From positions 1,888,001 to 1,952,000 of the forward strand of contig OY821645.1 in NCBI GenBank assembly GCA_963682135.1: a stretch of 64,000 bases of DNA. Reading direction: 5' to 3'. The first letter of the stretch is position 1. Each line of letters opens with the position of its first letter. Of the stretch, positions 1 to 9,619 are shown piece after piece. The position numbers were made by a program, and so were the translations under genes. The notes under the pieces are model-generated. The model saw only the letters and a list, made by a program, of their open reading frames with translations, was not told the origin of the DNA and searched no databases. Source of the DNA: Methanothrix sp. Its GTDB lineage: Archaea; Halobacteriota; Methanosarcinia; Methanotrichales; Methanotrichaceae.

Positions 1-66
1 TGCCAGGCATTAATCGCCGGAAATCCTAATTAAAAGTGAATTTATAGATTTTGGCGCATCACGTTA

Positions 67-498
67 TTATTTCCTATTTTTCACCAGGGTGAGTACATTC
101 TTTCCGTCTCGAAACTCGAAAAACATCCCATCCACATAGCACCGGATGAGATGGATTCCCAGACCACCAACGGGACGGTCCTTTGCATCGTCCTGGGATA
201 GGGCCACGATATGAACTGTGGGATCGAATGGAGTTCCTTCGTCCTCGATGATCAGCTCCAGCCGATCGCCATACACTCTGGCAGCAATATGAATCGTGCC
301 TCCTTTGTCGGGATAGGCGTACTTGGCAACATTGGTGCAAGCCTCTTCTACGGCCAGTTGAAGCTCCATTATCTTTCGCGAATCAAAACCAGCAAGACCC
401 ATCAAACGTTCGATGAAGTCAACGAGGACGGTAATCTGTTCGATTGTTGCCGCTACTGTGATCTCCTGCTCATATTCTGTTGCTTCCATTGGCATCAC
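67..498 (-). CDS. Anti-sigma-factor-type Ser/Thr kinase (RsbW/SpoIIAB-like, HATPase_c_2)
   Basis: LAVEEACTNVAKYAY (N box), IEDEGTPFDP, RPVGGLGIHLIR (G2 box); last gene of a three-gene operon. Confidence 0.9.
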   Translation of the reverse strand: MMPMEATEYEQEITVAATIEQITVLVDFIERLMGLAGFDSRKIMELQLAVEEACTNVAKYAYPDKGGTIHIAARVYGDRLELIIEDEGTPFDPTVHIVALSQDDAKDRPVGGLGIHLIRCYVDGMFFEFRDGKNVLTLVKNRK

Positions 499-505
499 GA
501 TTCAA

Positions 506-856
506 TCACAATTCGTCTTGCAGTTTAGTGCCGTTCAGAGCCTCTCCCTGGTTAGGATAGATAGAGAATAGCCGGGTAAAGCCGGTCATCTCGAAGACCT
601 CTATTACGAACGGCTGCAGAGATACCAGCTTTAAACCTCCCTTCCTGGGCAGGACCTTCTTTTGCGTAGCGAGTAAAACCCGCAATCCAACACTGCTGAT
701 ATACACCACGCCCTCCAAATCGAGCACAATCTCTGATTTGTTCTGATCTATCAGTTCATTCAGGATGGTCTCGAGATCCTTATAGGTGCTGCCGTCGATT
801 CTACCGGAAACGGAGACAATGGGCACGTTATCGATGCTGGTCTGGTTTATATCCAT
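506..856 (-). CDS. STAS-domain anti-anti-sigma factor (RsbV/SpoIIAA-like)
   Basis: VSGRID, VLDLEGVVYISSVGLRVLL with the phosphorylatable Ser, VFEMTGF. Confidence 0.92.
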   Translation of the reverse strand: MDINQTSIDNVPIVSVSGRIDGSTYKDLETILNELIDQNKSEIVLDLEGVVYISSVGLRVLLATQKKVLPRKGGLKLVSLQPFVIEVFEMTGFTRLFSIYPNQGEALNGTKLQDEL

Positions 857-867
857 AAGATATCACA

Positions 868-3315
868 TCACACCGCTTTTACTACTACCATGGTAATATC
901 ATCAAACTGAGCCTGGCCTGCACAAAATTGAGATATATCATCCAGTATTTTGTCCAGTATCCCCTGGGCACTGAGGAGGCAAGATTCTCGAACAATGGAA
1001 CAGAACCGTTCAATGCCGTACTGCTCGGAGTTGCTGTTCTCTGCTTCATTTACGCCGTCTGTATAGAGCACAAGGACGTCTCCTGAGGATAGATCGACTC
1101 TGCGCTCCTCATATTTCGCTCCTCCGATCGCCCCCAGAGCAATGCCCGTCACTTCCAAATTCTCAAAGGCATTGCTGCCGTTGCGCATGAGCAATGGCGG
1201 AGGATGTCCGGCATTGGCGTAAATCAGGCTTCGCGAATTCTGATCCAAAACCCCGTAAAAGAGGGTAACGAACATGCCCAGCTTTGAGTCTGCCGAGATC
1301 ATGTTATTCGCATCCTCCAGCACATCGGTTCCTTTTTCATGATGTGTGGCGTTAACCCTAACAATAGTGCGCGAAAGGGCCATGAACAGAGCTGCAGGCA
1401 CGCTCTTTCCCGATACGTCGGCTATGACCATTCCCAGCTTTCCTTCTCCGGGTATAAAGTCGTAAAAATCACCACCCACCTCCATGGCGGGAATGAACGT
1501 AGCCGCCAGATCGAAACCTGGTAGGGGTGGGATTCGCTCCGGCAAAAAGCTCCGTTGTATATCGGAAGCAATGCGAAGCTCCGATTTGGATCTCTCCAGA
1601 GTCTGCTCAGTTCTTCGCATATTGGTGATATCTCGAATTGACTCGATGGATCCCGCAATATTGCCCTGTGAGTCGTAAAGCGGCGTGGCTTTGGCCCAGA
1701 TAAAGGAGCCTGTCGGACCGAAAGTGGGGATGAAGATCTCGCTGGTGAGTGTCTTGCCGTCCCTTTGCAGGCCGGGATAATTCATCTGGACCTCTTCGTC
1801 TGCTCGAAGCACCAGATCGGCCAGGATCGGCCTTTTCATGCCGTAAAAAGGCAAAGCGTATTCGTAGTCGCCCTTGCCGACCATATCCCGGGCCGGGGCT
1901 CCCGTCATCTTCTCCATGGCGCGATTCCAGGTAAGGACAACCCCCTGATTATCGATGGCAAACGTGGCATCCGGCAGGAAGTCGATAACCTCAGCTAAAC
2001 GCTGCTTCATTGCCGCGATCTCCTCCTCAGCCTTCTTTCTGTCGGTGATATCCCTTATCGATTCGATGGAACCGGCAATATTTCCCTCTGAGTCGAAAAG
2101 CGGGGTTGCTTTGGCCCAGATATGTGAACCATGAGGTCCGAAGGTGGGGATAAATATCTCAGTCAAGAGCGTGTTGCCATCTTTTTGTAAATCTGGATAA
2201 TTTTTTTGCACCTCTTCGTTTTCCCATAGCACCAGATCGGCCAGGATCGGCCTTCTCATGCCGTAAAAAGGCAGAGCGTATTCGTAGTCACCCTTGCCGA
2301 TCATATCCTGGGCCGAGGCTCCCGTCATCTTCTCCATGGCCTGGTTCCAGGTGAGGACGGTTCCATGCTTATCAATGGCCAGTGTTGCATCCGGCAAGAA
2401 GTCTATGACATCGGCCAGACGTTGCTTCATTGCCGCGATCTTCTCCTCCGCCAATTTGCGCTTGGAAATATTCATAGCAACATGGACCACTCCATGAATC
2501 CGACCGTCTCTTCCTTTTATGCCGTTGCTGCGAGTTATCCAGGTCTTGCCGTCCGGGGTGACCAGTTCACCCTCATGGGAATTGCCGGTTTGCAGCGTTA
2601 AGGCAGCTTTGCAACCAGGGCAGGGTGCATCAATCCCTTGAATTGATTCATAGCAGTATTTCCCACGTAGGTCTTGCAGAGAACGGCCCAAAGATCTTTG
2701 TACGGCGGAATTGACCCAGATGATGCGCATCCCTGGGTCAAGGTACTCAACCGCCACATTTCTCAGGCTGCTGAGGATGGCCTCTTTTTCCTGTTCAGAT
2801 TTGAGCAGAGCTTCTTCTCCTTTCTTTCTCCCTGTAATATCTCGGATGGATTCAATGGCACCCGCAATCTCTCCCTGGGTGTCATAAAGAGGCGCGGCCT
2901 TGGCCCACAGATACGAGCCATTGTCTCCAAACGTGGGTATGAAGATCTCAACCGTTAGGGTTTTTCCTTCTCTTTGCAGCATGTCGTATTTGCCTTCAAC
3001 TTCATCCAGAGGCATCAACACAAGGTCTACCAGAATCGGTCGCCTAATTCCGTAAAAAGGCAGAGCATATTCATAGTTGCCTTTGCCGATCATATCCTGG
3101 GCCGAGGCTCCCGTCATCTTCTCCATGGCCCGGTTCCAGGTGATCACTTTTCCTTCTCTGTCGATAGCTAAAATAGCATCGGGCAAAAAGTCAATGACGT
3201 CAGATAGGAGACCCTTGCCTCTTGATTCCTTTAGGTCTTCTGAGGTACATTTTTCGAATAAGGCATGCGCAGAGTGCGCCTCTTGTTCTTGTTTCATCAA
3301 TATTCGCTCTTGCAC
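868..3315 (-). CDS. Four-PAS-domain PP2C/SpoIIE protein phosphatase (RsbU-like)
   Basis: Three near-identical PAS/PAC repeats (DFLPDA...WN.AMEKMTG...ESIRDIT) plus one divergent PAS; C-terminal VGGDFYD, IADVSGK, NAGHPPP, LYTDGV, DDIT. Confidence 0.92.
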   Translation of the reverse strand: MQERILMKQEQEAHSAHALFEKCTSEDLKESRGKGLLSDVIDFLPDAILAIDREGKVITWNRAMEKMTGASAQDMIGKGNYEYALPFYGIRRPILVDLVLMPLDEVEGKYDMLQREGKTLTVEIFIPTFGDNGSYLWAKAAPLYDTQGEIAGAIESIRDITGRKKGEEALLKSEQEKEAILSSLRNVAVEYLDPGMRIIWVNSAVQRSLGRSLQDLRGKYCYESIQGIDAPCPGCKAALTLQTGNSHEGELVTPDGKTWITRSNGIKGRDGRIHGVVHVAMNISKRKLAEEKIAAMKQRLADVIDFLPDATLAIDKHGTVLTWNQAMEKMTGASAQDMIGKGDYEYALPFYGMRRPILADLVLWENEEVQKNYPDLQKDGNTLLTEIFIPTFGPHGSHIWAKATPLFDSEGNIAGSIESIRDITDRKKAEEEIAAMKQRLAEVIDFLPDATFAIDNQGVVLTWNRAMEKMTGAPARDMVGKGDYEYALPFYGMKRPILADLVLRADEEVQMNYPGLQRDGKTLTSEIFIPTFGPTGSFIWAKATPLYDSQGNIAGSIESIRDITNMRRTEQTLERSKSELRIASDIQRSFLPERIPPLPGFDLAATFIPAMEVGGDFYDFIPGEGKLGMVIADVSGKSVPAALFMALSRTIVRVNATHHEKGTDVLEDANNMISADSKLGMFVTLFYGVLDQNSRSLIYANAGHPPPLLMRNGSNAFENLEVTGIALGAIGGAKYEERRVDLSSGDVLVLYTDGVNEAENSNSEQYGIERFCSIVRESCLLSAQGILDKILDDISQFCAGQAQFDDITMVVVKAV
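1615..3205. repeat. Three highly similar PAS-coding DNA repeats inside the RsbU-like gene
   Basis: ggctcccgtcatcttctccatggc recurs near 1897, 2317 and 3106; two adjacent copies are 420 bp apart. Confidence 0.85.
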
Positions 3316-3530
3316 ATCACGGCTGAAATCCCTTCATGGCAATGGGCTTGGCAGGAATCTGGTCTGACAAGGGAATGCCCATGGCCGGTCTAGAGCATAA
3401 CACGTTAGCGTTTAACACTTTGATCTTATTTAAGCATTGACTTGATCGCATATCTTGAGGAAAAATATTAAATATTGATGGCAAAATTCATTGATATTCA
3501 GTATGGTTATACCAAAGGAGTGCTTTTGCC

Positions 3531-5249
3531 TTGGAGCCAATGATATCGCAGAGCGTGCCAGGGACCAGGAATGTCACTATCTATCCCTACCTACGCAAGA
3601 TCGACCTCATGTCATCTAATTCTTACCTTCTCTCCAGCCCGGGCCAAATCGCTCTTATCGATCCGGGCGGTATGGAAAGCCAGATCAACCGCCTGGAAGA
3701 AGAGATTCAAATTCTACAAGATGAGCTGTCCCGTCCGCTTGTGGTCTATCTTACACATGTGCATATCGATCACTGGCAACAGTTGTTGGAATGTAAAAAA
3801 TCATCTCTGCTTGCAAAAGCCTTTCTGGCCGTGCAGGAGAAGGGGGCCCAGGCTTTGGAGACGAATGATCCTCGGATGACCCTCTCCATGCTCCTCGATA
3901 GGTCCATGTCTGCCCTTCCAGTTGATATACGACTGCTCACCGACCTGGACAAAACCATATTATGTAGCAATTCTCTTGACTTGATGGGATGGCGTTTCGA
4001 TTACGTTACAAAGTCCCGGCGGATCGCCGAGGATATAGTGCTTTATAGCCAGAATGTACCTTTCGGAAGAGAAGACCACCTGGAGATCTATCACACTCCC
4101 GGACACAGTCCGGATAGCGTTTGCATTCGGATTGGGTCGCTGCTCTTGGTAGGAGACATATTCTTTGCTTCTAATCCGGGGATGGCCGGGGCCTATGGCT
4201 GGAACCGGGACGACCTAATGCAATCTATCCTCAAGATTTTGTGGATTCTGGAAAACGAAAATATCCTCCTATGCGGCGGTGGCCACGGCAAATTCATCGA
4301 TGCCCAAACGGCACGAAAGACCCTGAAGGTTATGTACTCAGATGCGGCTTCTTTAACAGACCTGCAGGAGATTACACCCATCTGGGCCAGGAGAATATCA
4401 GACTACGCCCAGGATCTTATAAGCGAGATGGAGAGGATCTTCACCATCATTGCCGGCAGGCTGACCTACATATCTCATGTCCTGGAAAAGCTGGAGGAAG
4501 AGGCGCAGGCCAAAGAGCTGAATTGCCTCATGGACATTCAGTATATGGACGAGCTATTAGTTGACTTCCATTGCTTTGCCAGAGAACTTCATGCCGGAAA
4601 GAAGATCGACTGGGAGATGGTGCATAAGACGGGACAGGTCGTAGGCAGGCTGGACAAGCTTTTTGCCAAGAGGAAGCTGGAATCGGTTCTCGACCAGTCA
4701 CTTCTGGATAGGGCTAGCAGACTGCTAAGCGACTACGCGGCGATTTATCGCGGCTTTCGTCCTCCTTACATAGTATCCCGCGTGGACGTCAACCGATTCG
4801 TTGAGTTGGTCTTGGAGAAGTTGCTTCACAATGTCCATAAAGAAGAGGCGATTATGCAGGCGGAAAGCGCTGAAGACTTTCTGCTGGCACTAAGGCATCG
4901 TATCGCTCAAGTAAACATATTTGATGGCGTAAACCTGGTCTTTTTGCCGGGCTCCGGGGAAGCTTTTGCGCGTATGGATCAAGAGCGTTTTGCCGAGATA
5001 TTGATAGATATGCTGGAGCGGTTTGCAGGGGCGAGGATGAGGGTGATTGAAATCACCACGGCCTTGAACGACGAATGGTTAATGGTGCGCATCACAGGAA
5101 GAAGCGAGTGCAGTTGTCACCCTCTAAGCCGATCCAAGAGATTCTTTGAAAGGAATCTGGCGCTCTCCGGGGGGCTTTTGCAGATCTCTCTTGAGGCAAA
5201 TCGTCCATCTGTGGAGATAGAGTTTGCCGCATTTAAGGAAGAAGGGTGA
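3531..5249 (+). CDS. Metallo-beta-lactamase-fold hydrolase fused to a helical region and a degenerate HATPase-like C-terminus
   Basis: LIDPG, THVHIDH (HxHxDH), HTPGHSPDS, VGD, GGHG; C-terminal MDQERFAEILIDMLERF and RNLALSGGLLQI resemble a kinase ATPase fold lacking N/G boxes. Confidence 0.75.
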   Translation: MEPMISQSVPGTRNVTIYPYLRKIDLMSSNSYLLSSPGQIALIDPGGMESQINRLEEEIQILQDELSRPLVVYLTHVHIDHWQQLLECKKSSLLAKAFLAVQEKGAQALETNDPRMTLSMLLDRSMSALPVDIRLLTDLDKTILCSNSLDLMGWRFDYVTKSRRIAEDIVLYSQNVPFGREDHLEIYHTPGHSPDSVCIRIGSLLLVGDIFFASNPGMAGAYGWNRDDLMQSILKILWILENENILLCGGGHGKFIDAQTARKTLKVMYSDAASLTDLQEITPIWARRISDYAQDLISEMERIFTIIAGRLTYISHVLEKLEEEAQAKELNCLMDIQYMDELLVDFHCFARELHAGKKIDWEMVHKTGQVVGRLDKLFAKRKLESVLDQSLLDRASRLLSDYAAIYRGFRPPYIVSRVDVNRFVELVLEKLLHNVHKEEAIMQAESAEDFLLALRHRIAQVNIFDGVNLVFLPGSGEAFARMDQERFAEILIDMLERFAGARMRVIEITTALNDEWLMVRITGRSECSCHPLSRSKRFFERNLALSGGLLQISLEANRPSVEIEFAAFKEEG

Positions 5250-5698
5250 CGGGGACGCGTGAATGGGTCAATTTTGCACAATGTCAAGGGCATTGGCCTT
5301 TGGCGGGGCAGCATCCAACTGTCTTTGCAGCCTTAACACCTTCCGGCAGGCTGCGGGTTCACTGGCTGCCGTTTGAATTGCATGGACCTATATAAATGGC
5401 AGGAATATAATATCTTCAGCCCCTATCCCGTTTTAGAGGCTGGATTAAGGCAGATAGCCGGATAGCATTAGTTTGCCATGAGATATTCTCAAAATAGCAC
5501 ATTATCCGAATTTTATCTCCATGCGGAACCATCCTGAACCGTTAAATGGGTTTTAGAACTCTATGGCACGATTTTTGCAGCGAAGTATCAGTTCCAAAAA
5601 ATCATCGTTCTGCTATATCTTTTTATATCGTTCAGAGGAGGTGGATGTTGGGCAATTCACCAATCAGTTGAGTTGATCCTTTATGGAGGTAGTGAAAA

Positions 5699-6307
5699 AT
5701 GAATATGATTAGACTTTTTGTGGCATTAGTGGCTGCATGCATTCTCATCATGCCAGCACTTTCGATGCCCAATGGAATGGGACAAGACCAAAAGCAGTGT
5801 GACTGCCCGAATTTTATGAAGGACTGTAAACAGATGGGTGCCGGCCAAGATGGCAAAGAGAAAGAATGCGGTTGCCAGAAGCCCATGATGGGAGAAGACG
5901 GCAAACAGATGGGACAGGGCCAGGATGGAAATGAGAATGCATTTGGCTGCCAGAAGTCCATGATGGGAGAAGACGGCAAACAGATGGGACAGGGCCAGGA
6001 TGGCAAAGAGAAAGCATTTGGCTGCCAGAAGTCCATGATGGGAGAAGACGGCAAACAGATGGGACAGGGCCAGGATGGCAAAGAGAAAGCATTTGGCTGC
6101 CAGAAGCCCATGATGGGAGAAGACGGCAAACAGATGGGACAGGGCCAGGATGGCAAAGAGAAAGCATTTGGCTGCCAGAAGTCAATGATGGGAGAAGACG
6201 GCAAACAGATGGGACCGGACCATAAATCCATCAAGTCCATGATGGGTGATAAGGGAAGAGAGGATAAGACAGAAGTTAAAATAGTCATAATCAACGTGAA
6301 TACGTGA
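5699..6307 (+). CDS. Secreted Met/Cys/Gln/Gly-rich tandem-repeat protein
   Basis: Signal peptide (LFVALVAACILIMPALS), GGAGG RBS, 25-aa repeat CQK[PS]MMGEDGKQMGQGQDGKEKAFG. Confidence 0.8.
   Translation: MNMIRLFVALVAACILIMPALSMPNGMGQDQKQCDCPNFMKDCKQMGAGQDGKEKECGCQKPMMGEDGKQMGQGQDGNENAFGCQKSMMGEDGKQMGQGQDGKEKAFGCQKSMMGEDGKQMGQGQDGKEKAFGCQKPMMGEDGKQMGQGQDGKEKAFGCQKSMMGEDGKQMGPDHKSIKSMMGDKGREDKTEVKIVIINVNT
5825..6215 (+). repeat. 75-bp coding tandem repeat, about 5 copies
   Basis: TGCCAGAAG at 5873, 5948, 6023, 6098 and 6173 (period 75). Confidence 0.95.
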
Positions 6308-6437
6308 TTTGCGATAACCTCTCAAAATATCCCCATTATTTTTTTCGGGGGAAAAATTGCGTACATAAATATTATTCTCGGAGTTATGAGGATAATTCTC
6401 AAGTAAACATGGGCTGAATACCGAAAAAATAAAAATT

Positions 6438-7628
6438 ATGAAAAGGGAGAATATTTGCATGAAAAGATGCTCTTGTTTAGCAGTATTGATGCTGCTAATA
6501 GGCAGTAGCTTGATACTACCCGCATCATCCCAGGAACAAGTCACCCAGACGGTTTACGTTTATGATGGAGATTTTAACGGCACGCTCCTCTCTGGTGTGC
6601 AGGTTGCCGGTCAGGATGCTGCAGGAAAAAGTTTTAGCGGGATCACAGACTCAAATGGTGTTGCAGTAGTCAGTGGGCAACCGGGGACCTGGCTGTTCGT
6701 ATTCATAAAGGACGGCTATGAGACACTCGACTTGAGTTATAATGTAACCGAGACAAACGAAGGTGCTGTTTATCTGGTAAAGTCAAATAAACTCACTGAA
6801 CAAATTGCGCCTTCTCTTGACAATTCGCAACCTGAGGCAATATCTAAGGCTAATACGGCATATCAAACGCAGTTAGAGACTAACGCAACTGCATTGATAC
6901 AAACCGCATCATCTCAGGATCAAGTCTCCCAGACGGTCTACGTCTATGATGGAGATTTCAACGGCACGCTCCTCTCAGGAGTACAAGTTGACGGCCAGGA
7001 TGCGGCAGCCACAAGTTTCAGCGGGATTACAGACTCGAATGGAGCCACTGTTGTCAGCGGACAACCGGGAACCTGGCGGTTCGAATTCATAAAAGATGGC
7101 TATGAGACGCTTAAATTGAGTTATAATGTAACCGAAACAGGAGAAGGCGCTGTTTATCTGGTAAAGTCAGAAGAGACCCGGGAGCCAATTGCGCCGTCTC
7201 TTAACAATCAGCAACCTGAGGCAATATCGGAGGATAATGCGACCGATGAAACGCATCGAGAAGGACAAAACTTAACGGCTCTGCAAAAGACTGAGATCAA
7301 TCAACCTGAAACTGCGTCTGCAGAATCCTGGCTTGAAAAAGGCAATTACCTCTATGAACAGGGTAGATACGATGAAGCAGCCCAATCTTATGATAGGTGC
7401 ATATTGCTCAATCCGCAACTCGAAGCTGCCTGGTTCAACAAAGGCAATGCTCTTTACATGCAGGGCAATTATGACAATGCCCTTTCAGCATTCGATAAAG
7501 CTATCGAGATTAGTCCACAAGATGCCAATGCATGGATCTGCCGGGGCTTAACTCTCAAGAAGCTGGATCGAACTATAGAAGCAAATGCTGCACTTATGCA
7601 GGCTAAAGGACTGGGGTATACAGGCTAA
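6438..7628 (+). CDS. Secreted protein with two carboxypeptidase-regulatory-like beta domains and C-terminal TPRs
   Basis: Signal peptide; duplicated QTVYVYDGDFNGTLLSGVQV...KDGYETL; TPRs (AWFNKGNAL, AFDKAIEISPQDANAW). Confidence 0.8.
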   Translation: MKRENICMKRCSCLAVLMLLIGSSLILPASSQEQVTQTVYVYDGDFNGTLLSGVQVAGQDAAGKSFSGITDSNGVAVVSGQPGTWLFVFIKDGYETLDLSYNVTETNEGAVYLVKSNKLTEQIAPSLDNSQPEAISKANTAYQTQLETNATALIQTASSQDQVSQTVYVYDGDFNGTLLSGVQVDGQDAAATSFSGITDSNGATVVSGQPGTWRFEFIKDGYETLKLSYNVTETGEGAVYLVKSEETREPIAPSLNNQQPEAISEDNATDETHREGQNLTALQKTEINQPETASAESWLEKGNYLYEQGRYDEAAQSYDRCILLNPQLEAAWFNKGNALYMQGNYDNALSAFDKAIEISPQDANAWICRGLTLKKLDRTIEANAALMQAKGLGYTG

Positions 7629-7709
7629 TTCTGTCAACGGCCAATAATTCTTCGCGGCTTCGCGCCTTCAAATGAGATTCAACATTGTTTTTTTTTCACA
7701 CGACGAATT

Positions 7710-8570
7710 CTATCCCAGCTCAAAGCTTGTCACGCCATAGATTCGGTCCATCGGTAGGTGGGGGTCTTCTTTGGTGTACATGCGCATTGTCTCGAACACG
7801 GGATGCATATGGTGGCGCCTGGCCATGTCCAGAGCAGCGGAGTTTGCAGCTGGTGTATCCAGGAAGACCGGTGCACCCTGTGAAGCATGGCCGCAGAGGG
7901 CGTGAAACAGAGATTTCGCAACATCTTCATCATCGGCAAAAAGCGGCCCGATTTTATAGCCAAGATGACATTGCCTGAGGAGACCGTAGCCCTCCAGTTC
8001 GCCATCATTCACAGATGCGAGTGCAATTCCGCCCGTCTGCTTAATCCATAAATTAGTAAATGCATGCCTGGGCACAGGAAAGTGCTGATCATCATATGCC
8101 AGAAGATCTTTTATGGGAACCTCTGAGAGATATTTTATGTCCTTTGCTTTGTGTTCCTGCCCAGTCCCCACTCCCTGGTGGCGCACACTCTTGTAGCACG
8201 GCAAAAACCCCAAACGTTCATACAGTTTCTGCTGCTCCAGGACACTATCAAGCCCGATGTTCCGGTTCCCCAGATACTTTATCCCAGCATTCCAGACCTC
8301 TGTGCCCAATCCCAGACCTCGGAATGATGGTTGGACAATGTAAAACCCCAGGAACCCGAATGAGTCATTATAGGCTACTGCGGATATGCTTGCTACCGGC
8401 CTGCCATCTAATATGCCCAGGAAGAATCCGTTTGGATCCGTTCCGTAAAAGGTTTCAGCGTCGTGAATTCCAGGATTCCATCCCTCCTGGTTGGCCCAGG
8501 ATATGACGAGATCAACTTCATGGCTTTGTGCCTTCCGGATTGTGTACCCTTCAATAGACATTATCGACAC
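7710..8570 (-). CDS. GNAT family N-acetyltransferase (two-domain, YitH-like)
   Basis: ANQEGWNPG, YIVQPSFRGLGLG acetyl-CoA motif, KIGPLFAD, FETMRMY, GVTSFELG. Confidence 0.85.
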   Translation of the reverse strand: MSIMSIEGYTIRKAQSHEVDLVISWANQEGWNPGIHDAETFYGTDPNGFFLGILDGRPVASISAVAYNDSFGFLGFYIVQPSFRGLGLGTEVWNAGIKYLGNRNIGLDSVLEQQKLYERLGFLPCYKSVRHQGVGTGQEHKAKDIKYLSEVPIKDLLAYDDQHFPVPRHAFTNLWIKQTGGIALASVNDGELEGYGLLRQCHLGYKIGPLFADDEDVAKSLFHALCGHASQGAPVFLDTPAANSAALDMARRHHMHPVFETMRMYTKEDPHLPMDRIYGVTSFELG

Positions 8571-8670
8571 CTACATCTCACTCTCTGTGTAAATCCCAGA
8601 GCCCAGATACCAGGTGCTATCGGCGTTCGCTGTGTAACTGAGCTTGAGCGCCTGGGTCATGTTCCTAGAT
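8571..8670 (-). pseudogene. C-terminal relic of a Cache-domain gene
   Basis: RNMTQALKLSYTANADSTWYLGSGIYT matches RNMNETLKLSYVVDVEGTWFLGSGIYA of ORF 47263-48195. Confidence 0.7.
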
Positions 8671-8931
8671 AATATGATTAATATGGAAAAAAGCAACGCC
8701 ATTGCACTTCGATTTGTGAACATAAAGATCCCTACTAGAATGTTAAAGGGTTCTTCATGATTAAAAAAGTTGCTGGAGGTATCTGTAATAAATCTGGCAA
8801 ACAAATTCTCAGTACTTGCCCTTTTGTCCATAACTGACTTCAGCGCATGCCTGTCGGATCATGAATCCATCACGTAGGCAAAGTACATTAACTTAGAATA
8901 TTATCTAATTAAGAACTCATGATTCAGAACA

Positions 8932-9184
8932 ATGGAGGCAAGAGAGCATTTATCCAGTTATAGAGCTGGTTGGATCGTCTCCCACCAGTTGGGAGGATGC
9001 GGCCAGAAATGCAGTCGATAAGGCATCTGCATCTCTTTGGAACCTGAGAATTGGCGAAGTCGCGCAGCTGGACGTCAGCCTGGATGATCAGGGAAAAATA
9101 GCATTATACCGGGCAAGAATAAAACTCTCTTTAAAATACGACAACTGGAAGGAAGAGCTTGGCTGGAAAGGCCCAGGAATGTAG
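8932..9184 (+). pseudogene. Dodecin-family flavin-binding protein with out-of-frame start
   Basis: Open frame 8942-9184 ESIYPVIELVGSSPTSWEDAARNAVDKASASLWNLRIGEVAQLDV...YRARIKLSLKY; ATG at 8932 is one base out of frame. Confidence 0.75.
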
Positions 9185-9619
9185 GTCGTCCCCGACTCCC
9201 TAGAGTGCATCGAGTAATCCCGCGGGACGCGACCTTATCCACATGACCTTTTGCCGACTCCATTGAGGTGTTCCCATCCAAAAGATTTGATCAGATTAAG
9301 ATATTTGATGATATTATATTTTTTCGCGACTATCATGCTCTAATGCCCCATGCCGAGGCTATGGGCAACGATAGGACGGGCGAAGATGCCAGCAGCCCTG
9401 CAATTGATCTTCAAATAATATCGATACACAACAGATCAGCAACTCTTGGGGATTCGATTTTGTCGATATTCACGGTCAATCGCAATGTATTTATTCGTTG
9501 AATGTCGTAAATTGCCTTCAGAAGTGCTGTGCTGGTAATGTGATCTGAAAATAAAACTCGAACAAAAATTATAGAAACATTGCCATTTAACAGGGACTTT
9601 AAGTGGGGGTTGGGGCAGA

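Noticed and set aside
5825-6215. Possible CRISPR array (also 50969-51235)
   Set aside because: Contiguous in-frame coding repeats with no unique spacers and no cas genes.
5632-6294. Long antisense ORFs with Cys/Pro/Trp repeats
   Set aside because: Shadow of the 75-bp repeat; the plus-strand ORF has the RBS and signal peptide.
9581-9591. tgccatttaac matching the att tail
   Set aside because: Only 11 bp and upstream of the SRP gene; compatible with chance.
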